DNA of 64,000 nt. Origin: Polyangiaceae bacterium (GTDB lineage Bacteria; Myxococcota_A; Polyangia; Polyangiales; Polyangiaceae). The notes under the pieces are model-generated. The model worked only from the letters and a program-made list of their open reading frames with translations, ran no database searches and was not told the origin of the DNA. A program made the position numbers and the translations under genes. Of this stretch, positions 8,923 to 18,264 are shown piece by piece. Numbering within the stretch: the stretch's first letter is position 1; the number at the start of each line of letters is the position of its first letter. The stretch covers positions 800,001 to 864,000 of the forward strand of contig CBDCTZ010000014.1 in assembly GCA_965222375.1 (NCBI GenBank), in the 5' to 3' direction.

Positions 8923-10656
8923 GTGCCGCTTTCATCTTGCTGGCAAAGATTGCCGGCAAGACTTGCCTGCGGGGAGAGTTTCTCGACGAAGAGCGCGCAG
9001 ATCCAAGCCATTTGGGAATGGACCGATTCCTGCTCGGCTGCACCCGTGGTCAACGACACTTCACTTCGCAGCCCGACAGGGACGTTCAACTCATCGCGCT
9101 GGCTATCGACGTTGATCTGCCTGGGCGCAGTGGGATGCGGCGGCGGCGAATCCGTTGCGGGACCGCCAGGACCCGGGGTCGAACCGCCGGACAAAGCCGA
9201 GTTCAACGGGAAAGCCGACGGCGCCGCCATTGCACGTTGGTGCAAGAAGCTTGGAGAGCCTGCCTTCTGCGACATCTGTGACAAGGCCGGCTGGTACAAC
9301 GATGGGACGTGCGAGACGTTTTGCCAGCAACCCGACCTCGACTGCCAACCCATCGAAGAACGGTTGAAATACGGCACCATTGGCACCGAGGCCGAAGGCA
9401 TCCCCTACTGGGTGTGGCAGGCACTGCCGCACGCTTACCCGGAGCTATTGCCGGATAGCGGGTCTGCTCTCGACTACTCGCGCTTTGGCTTCCATTACGA
9501 ACCAGGGCGGACCACTCCCGTGGGCTTTTCGATACAGAAGCAATTCGGACGGCCGGAGGTAGTGGCGACAAACTGCGCTGCCTGTCACTCCGGCACCTAT
9601 CGAGTCAGCGAAACTGCGCCCCGCCAACTCATTCTGGGCGCTCCGGCCCATCGCGCCGACCTGCAGCGTTACGTTCGATTCCTGCAATCCACGGCGGCTC
9701 AGTCGGACTTCGTAGACCGAGTCGCTGACGCGATCGAAAACATCTCGGATTTGAACGCGGTCGAGCGCGTCGCCTACCGGCCGATCGTCCGCCTGACTCA
9801 GAAGGGAATCAGCTCTCTCGACGACCGCTACGCGTGGACCGCTTCGCGTCCGGACTGGGGTCCTGGTCGCATCGACCCGTTCAATCCCGTCAAGTTCCAC
9901 CAGCTCGGTCTCGACCCCAGCAGCGACACATCGGTAGGCAACAGCGATATGATGTCCCTGTGGAACCTATCCCCACGCGCGCTGCATTGGGACGGCCTCA
10001 ACAGCAACGCTCGGGAGGTCGTCCTGAGCAGCGCCATCGGCACGGGTGCAACGGCAGAATCGCTTCCGATCGGCCAGCTGGAAGGCGTTGAGACCTGGCT
10101 GCGAGGCCTCCGAGCCCCGGCCTATCCTCTCGAAGTCGACGAGCAGCTGGCGGCGCAGGGCGAGGTGTCGTTTGCTCAGCACTGCGCGGACTGCCACAAG
10201 ACCAGCGGCTCACGCAGCGGCTCCGTGATCCCTCTTTCAGAGGTGGGAACCGACCCAGCGAGGCTGGAGATGTGGACCCAGCAAGCGGCCGATCGCTACA
10301 ACGCGCATCTGGAAGATCCCGCGCTGAGATTTTCACACTTCCGCAAGACTGAGGGCTATGTCGCTGTACCTCTCGACGGAGTATGGCTGCGCGCGCCGTA
10401 CTTGCACAACGGTTCGGTCCCCACGCTGACGGACTTGCTATCGCCGGCTGCGGAGCGGCCGACTAGCTTCTGGCGAGGGTACGACGTCCTGGACCAGTCG
10501 CGCGTAGGTTTTGACAGTTCGAGTTCGACGGCGCAGTCCGCGGGCAGCCTCTTCGAAACATCCCTAGCAGGCAACGGAAACGGCGGTCACGAATTCGGGA
10601 CCCAGCTGCCGGCGACGACCAGGAGAGCTTTGGTTGAATACCTCAAGACCCTCTGA
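8923..10656 (+). CDS. Di-heme c-type cytochrome lipoprotein, RoxA/MauG-like, with N-terminal Cys-rich module
   Basis: CAACH and CADCH; LDGVWLRAPYLHNGSVPTL; GPGRIDPF; NGGHEFG; lipobox GAVGC. The real start is probably downstream of the ORF start. Confidence 0.85.
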   Translation: MPLSSCWQRLPARLACGESFSTKSAQIQAIWEWTDSCSAAPVVNDTSLRSPTGTFNSSRWLSTLICLGAVGCGGGESVAGPPGPGVEPPDKAEFNGKADGAAIARWCKKLGEPAFCDICDKAGWYNDGTCETFCQQPDLDCQPIEERLKYGTIGTEAEGIPYWVWQALPHAYPELLPDSGSALDYSRFGFHYEPGRTTPVGFSIQKQFGRPEVVATNCAACHSGTYRVSETAPRQLILGAPAHRADLQRYVRFLQSTAAQSDFVDRVADAIENISDLNAVERVAYRPIVRLTQKGISSLDDRYAWTASRPDWGPGRIDPFNPVKFHQLGLDPSSDTSVGNSDMMSLWNLSPRALHWDGLNSNAREVVLSSAIGTGATAESLPIGQLEGVETWLRGLRAPAYPLEVDEQLAAQGEVSFAQHCADCHKTSGSRSGSVIPLSEVGTDPARLEMWTQQAADRYNAHLEDPALRFSHFRKTEGYVAVPLDGVWLRAPYLHNGSVPTLTDLLSPAAERPTSFWRGYDVLDQSRVGFDSSSSTAQSAGSLFETSLAGNGNGGHEFGTQLPATTRRALVEYLKTL

Positions 10657-10727
10657 TGCACCGGTAGCGTGTGATCAGCACCGGCCGCGCGAAGAATCCA
10701 CCAAACCCTACCAAGCCGGAGACGACC

Positions 10728-11804
10728 ATGTGGCGCAGAAAAAACTTCCTCATCATTTTCCTCAGCATCGCGGCATCGTCTGGTTGCGGCGACACCTCGA
10801 CGAAGAGCGCTCCCACGGACGGGAGCAAGCAACCGCCGGTAGACCACGACAGTGGGCAAGCGCCGGTGGACCACGACAGTGGGCAAGCGCCGACAGTGCC
10901 GATAAATCCTCCGCCGATCGGCGGTGAACAACACGACTACTTCAACGCGCTCGCCCCGTCTGCCCTCTATGCATACAGTCTTCGCGACCAGGCGGAGATT
11001 GACCGTTACTCATGCGCAGGGAGCGCTTGCCCCAACAGTGTAGTCACTTATAGTCCCCAAACCGACGACTACCACACACCACAGGATGCAGCCCGGTTCG
11101 AGATCCGCGGCCAGGATCACCCGGAACGGAACGGTGTAGCGGAGTCCGACCTGGCGAACCAGGTTCGACTGCCTGTCCCCATCTCGACCACCGATGATGG
11201 TCAGACCTACGTGCTGACCTGGGATTTCTGGATGGGCCCTGAGTTCCAGACGGAAAACCTGGTAGATCCAGCGAGCGGAAAACAACAGGTCGGGAGCTAT
11301 AAAGCGTTTCACCTGTGGGCTCATCACGATCGGTCCGACGGCACAAAGAGGAGCAAGTTTTGGCGGTTCGGAGCGGAAGTTGGCAAAAGCAACATCAATC
11401 TCCCGAATGTGGCCCGCCTCTGGAATCAAGTGACCCAAGCCGAAGTGGGACCAGATGTTGTCGACGTCGAACCACTCTCGCCCTTCACGCCGTATTCCGC
11501 GCAGGTGTCAACGTGGACGCGAATGTGGGTTGTCATCACGCAACATCCCGGATCGGTAGATGACAAGGTGAGCATATGGATTGCGGACGAGGAGCGCGAA
11601 CCAGTGAAAACACTGGATAACCTCACTGTTGAAATCCCGTACGATGCTTTCGAAACCAATATCGGGATCAGCGGCTTTACCGTTCACTTTGATACGTCTA
11701 GCCGTCGCACACTCGGTGGCGGTCGGATCGTTGGTTATGTTCGCAACGTACTGATGCTTCAAACACCAGATATCGAGCCACTGCTGGTCAAGCCAAGAAC
11801 TTGA
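10728..11804 (+). CDS. Hypothetical lipoprotein (possible beta-sandwich/lyase-like fold)
   Basis: GGAG RBS; MWRRKNFLIIFLSIAASSGC lipobox; 27-bp duplication encoding PVDHDSGQA twice. Confidence 0.7.
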   Translation: MWRRKNFLIIFLSIAASSGCGDTSTKSAPTDGSKQPPVDHDSGQAPVDHDSGQAPTVPINPPPIGGEQHDYFNALAPSALYAYSLRDQAEIDRYSCAGSACPNSVVTYSPQTDDYHTPQDAARFEIRGQDHPERNGVAESDLANQVRLPVPISTTDDGQTYVLTWDFWMGPEFQTENLVDPASGKQQVGSYKAFHLWAHHDRSDGTKRSKFWRFGAEVGKSNINLPNVARLWNQVTQAEVGPDVVDVEPLSPFTPYSAQVSTWTRMWVVITQHPGSVDDKVSIWIADEEREPVKTLDNLTVEIPYDAFETNIGISGFTVHFDTSSRRTLGGGRIVGYVRNVLMLQTPDIEPLLVKPRT

Positions 11805-12027
11805 AGCCCTCGCCAACGCAGTGCGAAACAGCGACACCCGGGCCACACTCAGCCCACAGACGAATCAAGCAAGGCGCTTACTGGCGCCATCCGCCCGGTA
11901 CGAACGCTCGGGACGACAAAGAACAACATCAACGCCCTCTCTGATTGTGGCCGCAGCGGGCAGTCCCCAGGGCCGTGAGCAGATCCGGTGACGGATGGGA
12001 GCGCGGGGCAGCACACTGCGCTTGCGC

Positions 12028-12669
12028 CTAGTTGTTTCCGGGTGGCACCGCGACGTTGCCGAGAGGGCAGTCGTACTCCAACGTGAAGAAGCTCGGCGTT
12101 CCGATGCACACGCCCAAATCCAAATAGGACCAGCCGAGCAGCAGGTTGGAGTCGCCGGGGATGAGGGCGACGAGAGGGTCCCGCATGCGACCCGTGAGCT
12201 CGAAGAACGGGTTTCCCCCGAGGCCATAGTCGATCAAGAGGCCGCGGTCGCAGCCCTTGGGCACGCGGCGACCAGTCGGTGACACCACGTGATAGTGCCC
12301 GAACGTCATCGGCACGCCGTTCTTCTGTTGCGGGATGCAAGGCTGATCGAGGGCGTTCTGCACCAAACGCACGTTCCAGCCTCGAAGCACGCCGAGTTGC
12401 TCGTCGTTGTGGAACGTCTTCTTGAACTTCTTCCAGGTCAGTCGCTCCACGAAACCGGGCAGACCGAGGCTGGTGCCCTTGTATTCCTTGTCGAAGAGGG
12501 ACTCGGGATCGATGGGGTGGCCCCTTCGTAGCTCGGCCAGGAGCTGCTTCTTGGACAGGGCTAGAAATTCCGACGCGGTTCGCACGCGGCGAATGTAGCG
12601 CCTTGTTCTAGTTTTGGGTGAGACCCCTGTCCTCGGCACCGAGCCTCTTCGGGTCTCGCCGGTGGCCAA
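12028..12669 (-). CDS. Hypothetical protein
   Basis: Protein-like composition (WKKFKKTF, LLIDYG, LLLGWSYL). Start is probably the GTG near 12583. Confidence 0.7.
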   Translation of the reverse strand: MATGETRRGSVPRTGVSPKTRTRRYIRRVRTASEFLALSKKQLLAELRRGHPIDPESLFDKEYKGTSLGLPGFVERLTWKKFKKTFHNDEQLGVLRGWNVRLVQNALDQPCIPQQKNGVPMTFGHYHVVSPTGRRVPKGCDRGLLIDYGLGGNPFFELTGRMRDPLVALIPGDSNLLLGWSYLDLGVCIGTPSFFTLEYDCPLGNVAVPPGNN

Positions 12670-12703
12670 GTTGCCGAAATAGCACGGTAGCTACGGGCCG
12701 GCG

Positions 12704-13324
12704 CTATTGCAGCGGAAACGGCGAAAGGAAGAAGTCCGTGGCCGCCGACTGAGCGTGACAATTGACACAAATGCTCACACCGAGTCCCTCTGCAGCCGCG
12801 GTTCCGGTCGTGGCGTCGAAGGTCTCGTACCAATACAGGTTCTGCCCTCCGGCGCTGTCACTCTTGACCTTCACCCACACCGCCCAGCCCGTCGGCTTGT
12901 CTGAAGTGTCGAGGAACTCCTTGACCGTGGCTGCGCCTGCCGGGTGAGAACCCACGGCGTTTTGCAGGCTCTCACCCAGCTTGGGACTCACATAGGTGCG
13001 CACGCTCGAGGCGTGGGGACCGGCGGACGCGTGAGCCGCACTTTCCCGGTCCCAGGACTGGTAACTGCCAGCCTGCAGAAACGCAAGCAGGGCGCCTGGC
13101 TCGATCGGTGCGTCGCAGGGACTGCCCTCGCAGCTGCTCGAGCCACCGGCACTGCCGCCGCCGACCCCGGACGTGCCGCCGCTGCCGCCGACTCCGGAGG
13201 TGCCGCCGCTGCCGCCGACTCCGGAGGTGCCGCCGCTGCCGCCGTCGCTGGAGTCGTCAGAGCAGGCCGTGGCGAGCAGGGCCACAAAAACCATGGGGAT
13301 TGTCCCAGTAATAATCCGCATCAT
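12704..13324 (-). CDS. Cytochrome P460-family-like monoheme lipoprotein
   Basis: Lipobox ATAC, three GGSGGTSGV repeats, PAGAATVKE...WAVWVKV...YWYE, and C-terminal CVNCH. Confidence 0.75.
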   Translation of the reverse strand: MMRIITGTIPMVFVALLATACSDDSSDGGSGGTSGVGGSGGTSGVGGSGGTSGVGGGSAGGSSSCEGSPCDAPIEPGALLAFLQAGSYQSWDRESAAHASAGPHASSVRTYVSPKLGESLQNAVGSHPAGAATVKEFLDTSDKPTGWAVWVKVKSDSAGGQNLYWYETFDATTGTAAAEGLGVSICVNCHAQSAATDFFLSPFPLQ

Positions 13325-13402
13325 CGCTACTGACTTAGCTCAGAGGAGCGCCAGCGGTTACGAGAATTCCGAGATGACGCGGCGCAGCTTGCTCAGTCGT
13401 GC

Positions 13403-14107
13403 TTGACGCGGCCCGCGGGCCGGGGATCGAATCCGCGCGTGACGGCGAGCTATTTCGACGTGGACGGGACCTTGATCTCCACGAATCTGGTCCATCCCAC
13501 GCTCTTTTATCTGAAGAATCAGGGCACGCCGGTGCAGACAGCGCTGCGCCTTGGACGAGCACTGATGCGCGCACCAGCCATGGGGCTCGCCGAGTTGGCG
13601 GACCGACGCACCTTCAACGAGCTGCTTTATGCGTCGTACCAGGGCATGAGCGAAGATCGCCTGGTGCTGCTCTCGGACGAAGTATTCGAAGACGTCATTC
13701 GCCCGGCGATCTTCGAACACGCCAAAGAGCTGGTCCGTCAGAACGTCGATCGCGGACATCGCGTGGTGCTCATTTCCGGTGCGCTGGACTTCATCTTGCA
13801 GCGGCTCGCAGATCATCTGGGTGCCCATGAAGTCATCGCCAATCGTCTGGAGATGAAAGACGGCCATGCGACCGGCAAGTTGCTGAAGCCCGTCGTTGCT
13901 GGGCCAGAGAAGGCGCGACTGATTCGCGAGCACGCCAAACGCGGCGGCTTCGACCTGGAAGAGTGCTACGCTTTTAGTGATAGCTATTCGGACTTGCCGA
14001 TGCTTAGCGTCGTGGGCCACCCGGCGGCCGTGAATCCCGATCAGCGTCTGACCCTACTGGCCAAAGCCTACAGTTGGCCGAGCTTCGACCTGCGCGCCAG
14101 CGCTTGA
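13403..14107 (+). CDS. HAD-IB family hydrolase (SerB-like; possible ElbB-like)
   Basis: FDVDGTL, LISGA, EKA and FSDSYSDLPML...AVNPD motifs. Confidence 0.9.
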   Translation: MTRPAGRGSNPRVTASYFDVDGTLISTNLVHPTLFYLKNQGTPVQTALRLGRALMRAPAMGLAELADRRTFNELLYASYQGMSEDRLVLLSDEVFEDVIRPAIFEHAKELVRQNVDRGHRVVLISGALDFILQRLADHLGAHEVIANRLEMKDGHATGKLLKPVVAGPEKARLIREHAKRGGFDLEECYAFSDSYSDLPMLSVVGHPAAVNPDQRLTLLAKAYSWPSFDLRASA

Positions 14108-14114
14108 ATCAACC

Positions 14115-15692
14115 ATGACCCACCCCTGCGTAGTCACCCTCGAGCGGGACAGCCGCCCGCGGGTATTGTTTTCCGGTGATCAGCTGGTCGAAGTCGACCT
14201 GCCCGTCGGCAGTCGGGTGATCTATCCCAAACCACCCATCGAGCCCTTGAAGGATCCGGACGCGGCGATTCGCTATGCCCTGAATCACCCGCTGGGCAGC
14301 GAGCCGCTCTTCGCCAAGCTCCGGCCTGGCATGAAGGTCAGCATCGCTATCGACGACATCAGCGTGCCGCTGCCGCCGATGCGGCGTCCGGATGTGCGTC
14401 AGCGTGTGCTCGAGATCGTGCTGGCGTTTCTGGCGGACAACGCCATCGACGACATCGAGATCATCATCGCTACGGGCATTCACCGACGCATGAAGGCCGC
14501 GGAGGTGCGGCACATGGTCGGAGATCGCGTATTCGACCAGTACTGGCCGGATCGTCTGTACAACCACGATGCTGAAGATCGCAGCAACCTAGCCGTGGTG
14601 GGCACCACGGACATTGGCGAAGTCATCGAGATCAACAAGCGCGCTGCCGAGAGCGATCTGATCATCTACGTGAATCTCAACTTCGTGCCCATGAATGGCG
14701 GGCACAAGTCACTGATGACGGGCCTGGCGAGCTATCGAAGCCTGAGCCACCACCACAATCCGGAAACGATTCGCGCTTGCGACAGCTACATGGATCCGAA
14801 GGCGAGCGAGCTCTCCAACAGGCTCACGCGCATGGGGCGGGTCGCGAACGCAGCTCTGAACGTGTTCACGATCGAAACCACGATCAATAACCGCATGTTC
14901 GACCCGAACCTGTCCTTCCTCTCCAAGAACGAAGACGACTTGGACGGCCGAGAACGCGGTTTGTTGAGCGGCTTGGTCGCGACCACGAAACGGCTGCCGC
15001 AAGGTGCGCGACAGGCCGTGTTCGAAAAGTTTCCGGCTCCCTACGGCATGACGGGCGTGTGGGCTGGCGAGACCGAGAGCGTGCACGAGAAGACCCTGGA
15101 GCGCTGTTTCGAACAGTACTCAGTGCCCGTGACGGGTCAGTCGGACGTTCTCGTGCTGCCGATCCCGTACATCAGCCCCTATAACGTGCATGCCTACCTG
15201 AACCCGCTGTTGGTGAGCGTGTTGGCCGAGGGTTATCTGTTCAACATGAACCGTGGCGTGCCGCTTCTCAAGAAGGGCGGCACGGTGATACTGACGCACC
15301 CCTGTAGCGACAAGTTCGACCACGAGCAGCACGCGCCCTACATCGAGTTCGTGCATCGTCTGCTGCCCGAGACCCGAGACGCAGCCGAGCTACACAAGCG
15401 TTACGAGAAGAAGATGGCCACGGACCCGGCCTTCATTCAGATGTTTCGCACCGGCCATGCCTACCATCCCGCCCATCCCTTCTTCATGTGGTACTGGGGC
15501 GAAAATGGTCGCCAGCACGCGGGTCGGGTGATCGTCGTCGGCGCCGACAACGAATACATTCCCAAACTGCTGGGCTGGGAAACGGCTCCGAACATGGACG
15601 AGGCGCTGTATCGCGCCAAAAACGGCGAGACCACATCGCTGTCGGTGAGTTGCCTCAAGGTACCCCCCATCGTGATGGCCGACGTGCGCTGA
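14115..15692 (+). CDS. LarA/DUF2088-like (lactate racemase N-terminal domain) protein
   Basis: ALNHPLGSEPL, IAIDDIS, IIIATGIHRRM, YNHDAED and GGHKS; 7 bp downstream of the HAD gene. Confidence 0.82.
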   Translation: MTHPCVVTLERDSRPRVLFSGDQLVEVDLPVGSRVIYPKPPIEPLKDPDAAIRYALNHPLGSEPLFAKLRPGMKVSIAIDDISVPLPPMRRPDVRQRVLEIVLAFLADNAIDDIEIIIATGIHRRMKAAEVRHMVGDRVFDQYWPDRLYNHDAEDRSNLAVVGTTDIGEVIEINKRAAESDLIIYVNLNFVPMNGGHKSLMTGLASYRSLSHHHNPETIRACDSYMDPKASELSNRLTRMGRVANAALNVFTIETTINNRMFDPNLSFLSKNEDDLDGRERGLLSGLVATTKRLPQGARQAVFEKFPAPYGMTGVWAGETESVHEKTLERCFEQYSVPVTGQSDVLVLPIPYISPYNVHAYLNPLLVSVLAEGYLFNMNRGVPLLKKGGTVILTHPCSDKFDHEQHAPYIEFVHRLLPETRDAAELHKRYEKKMATDPAFIQMFRTGHAYHPAHPFFMWYWGENGRQHAGRVIVVGADNEYIPKLLGWETAPNMDEALYRAKNGETTSLSVSCLKVPPIVMADVR

Positions 15693-15847
15693 GGAGGCTC
15701 TGTCCCTCAACAGGTGAGTTTTCTCAGCTGGCAGGAGCCAAGAGCACGGTCAAGGCCTGCGGTCTGCTCCGCAAATCAGAGCTCCCCAGGCAAAGCGCGC
15801 AAATATTTCGAACGCTTGCGCCGGCCGCATCGGTTATTGGTCTTCTC

Positions 15848-17233
15848 ATGCGATTCTTTCGCGTCGCTGCACTTGGCCTCGTCGCAATCGTTGCGACTCG
15901 AGTTGCCAGCGCCGCGGAAACCGAAGCGCGTGCCGACGACGGAGACCGCTTCGACCTGAGCGTGCAGGGCGAGACTTACGTCGAAGTATTTCGCCGCGCG
16001 CTGCTTCCCGGGGCGTCGGGTAGCCTGGTCGAGACGGACACGGCGCTGCCCATCCACCAATACGTGCGCCTGCGTGCTCGCGACTTGGATACGGGCTGGC
16101 GCAGGGACAGCTTGGATGTGGAGCTCTCCGCCTACGGCCGGATATGGCCGGGGGACGCGGACACGGAGCGTCAATACGACGGCGATGTGCAACTAGCGAA
16201 CGTCGGCTATCGACATGACTTTCTTCAGTTGCGCCTGGGCCGCCAGGTCCGTGCAGGCGGCGCCGCGCGCTACGTCCGCTACGACGGCTTGAGTCTCGGA
16301 GCGCAGTTCAGCGGCTTCAGCGTGGAGGGGTACGGAGGGCTCACCGCCCTACCGCGCTGGGACGGTCGACCTGGCTACCACCACTTGGGGTCCGCTCAAG
16401 ATACGCTGATTCGAGATCCCGACGCACTGCCCGAACCAAGCCGCAGCGGTTATCGGCTGGGTGGTGGTCGTCTCGGTTTCGCCTCGCCCAATGTGGCCGA
16501 ACTCGGGGTTTCGTTTCACGAGCAGCACGAAGAGGGCGAGCTGGCCCATCGCAGCCTAGGCGCTGATGGTCGCTTCTTGATGGTGGACGACCTGATCATC
16601 GCGGGTAGCGGTGTGCTCGAGTTGGATGCGCAAGACATCGCAGATGCCCGAGTTTGGGCGGACTACCATGCAGCTCCGGAGCTGGATCTAGGGGCGGAAT
16701 ACCTGCACGCGGAGCCCGCCCTGTACCTGAGTCGTCAGAGTGTTTTGAGCGTGTTTTCCGCTGACGCCTACGACGAAGCGGGTGGCCGCGCCACGCTACG
16801 CCCCTTCGACCGCTTCTCGATTACGGGTGGCGGTTGGGTCAACTTCTACAACGACGGTGAGCGCGGTGCCCGGTCTCGAGTTGCCTTGAAGTACCACCCC
16901 GGAACGGGCAGGCGCACCCTGGTTGGTCTGAGCTACACGCGAATGGTCGCGGTCGACAATGGCTACCATTCCTTGCGCGCATCGGTGGCTCGGCACATTC
17001 ACGCGGGCCTATCGGGCACTCTGGAGGCTCACGCGTTCTTCTACGACGAGGAAATCTCTGGGTACACGACGTCCACTGTATACGCAGGCACCCTGAGTTA
17101 TGCTTTCAGTCCGGCGTTCAACTTGCTCTGGGGCGCGTCTCTGGCGCAGTCCCCCTATGCGAAATTCGACGCGCAGTCCCTGCTTCGAGCCGCGTACGTC
17201 TTCGATGCTTCCTCCCAAGGAGGAGCCCAATGA
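15848..17233 (+). CDS. Outer-membrane beta-barrel (porin of a porin-cytochrome conduit)
   Basis: Signal peptide MRFFRVAALGLVAIVATRVASA; many amphipathic strands (LRLGRQ, LGAEY, LSYAF, AAYVF); ATGA overlap with the 12-heme cytochrome. Confidence 0.75.
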   Translation: MRFFRVAALGLVAIVATRVASAAETEARADDGDRFDLSVQGETYVEVFRRALLPGASGSLVETDTALPIHQYVRLRARDLDTGWRRDSLDVELSAYGRIWPGDADTERQYDGDVQLANVGYRHDFLQLRLGRQVRAGGAARYVRYDGLSLGAQFSGFSVEGYGGLTALPRWDGRPGYHHLGSAQDTLIRDPDALPEPSRSGYRLGGGRLGFASPNVAELGVSFHEQHEEGELAHRSLGADGRFLMVDDLIIAGSGVLELDAQDIADARVWADYHAAPELDLGAEYLHAEPALYLSRQSVLSVFSADAYDEAGGRATLRPFDRFSITGGGWVNFYNDGERGARSRVALKYHPGTGRRTLVGLSYTRMVAVDNGYHSLRASVARHIHAGLSGTLEAHAFFYDEEISGYTTSTVYAGTLSYAFSPAFNLLWGASLAQSPYAKFDAQSLLRAAYVFDASSQGGAQ

Positions 17234-18264
17234 CCCGGGGAACATGGGCTCTCGTGGTTGCAGTGTTGGTGTGCGCAGGTCTGGGCGCTTGTGCGGATCG
17301 TGCTCCCGGTAAGTTTCCCCACCATCAGCACCTGACCCAAGACTGCGGCGTCCCGGGAAAGCCCGCTTGCTTGTCGTGCAACGATTGCCACGCCGTCTCA
17401 GAGCGCGATCGCGCCCATCGTCTGCCGGCCAAAGAGAAGTGCGAGCGTTGTCACCGCTCCGACGCACACGAGGTGCGCGCCGCCCTGAGCGCGCCCGCCA
17501 AACGCAGCGTGGGCGCGATCCGCTTCAACCACCCGAAACACCTCGCGATGGATTCGCTGAAGGGGCAATGCGTGCCCTGTCATAGCGGCGTCGTGAAACG
17601 GGGTGAGTCGCCGGTGCCACCCATGAGCAAGTGCTTCGACTGCCATGAGCACGAAGAGCAGTGGCGCAAGGCAGTGTGCACGCCCTGCCACGAGTCCACG
17701 GAGCTATCCCAGACTTTGCCTAGGACGTTTCTGCGCCACGACGAGGCTTTTGCTAGCGGCCACGGAGTCCAAGCCATCGCGAACGCCGCCATGTGCGCGT
17801 CCTGTCACAGCCGCGCGCAGTGTGACGACTGTCACGATGTGGCTCAGAATCTCACCGTGGCGAAGCGTCGCCCCGAGAAGGTCGAACGCACCTTCGTGCA
17901 TCGTGGAGACTTCATGGTGCGACACGCGATCGAGGCGCAGGCCCAGCCCGCACGTTGCATGACCTGCCACACCACGCAGAGCTGCGACTCATGCCATGTG
18001 GCGCGAGGCGTGAGCGGCAACCGAGTGCGGGGTCGAAACCCGCACCCCCCGGGGTGGGTCGGGGGCAACCCAGCGTCCAAGAACTTCCATGGACGTGACG
18101 CCCGCCGCGACATCGTGATGTGCGCGAGTTGCCACGAGCGGGGGCGGGCAACAAACTGCATACGCTGCCACAAGGTCGGGGCCCACGGCGGCAACCCGCA
18201 CCCGGGCGGCTGGAAGAGCAATCAGTCGGAAGGCTCCCGAATGTGTCGGTACTGCCATGAGTGA
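17230..18264 (+). CDS. 12-heme cytochrome c lipoprotein (c3/c7-like)
   Basis: 12 CxxCH motifs counted; lipobox LGAC; FPHHQH and FNHPKH distal His pairs. Confidence 0.95.
   Translation: MTRGTWALVVAVLVCAGLGACADRAPGKFPHHQHLTQDCGVPGKPACLSCNDCHAVSERDRAHRLPAKEKCERCHRSDAHEVRAALSAPAKRSVGAIRFNHPKHLAMDSLKGQCVPCHSGVVKRGESPVPPMSKCFDCHEHEEQWRKAVCTPCHESTELSQTLPRTFLRHDEAFASGHGVQAIANAAMCASCHSRAQCDDCHDVAQNLTVAKRRPEKVERTFVHRGDFMVRHAIEAQAQPARCMTCHTTQSCDSCHVARGVSGNRVRGRNPHPPGWVGGNPASKNFHGRDARRDIVMCASCHERGRATNCIRCHKVGAHGGNPHPGGWKSNQSEGSRMCRYCHE

Noticed and set aside
14115..15692. Bona fide lactate racemase larA
   Set aside because: No larBCE genes nearby, the protein is longer, and its HAD context points to another role; only the family-level call is kept.
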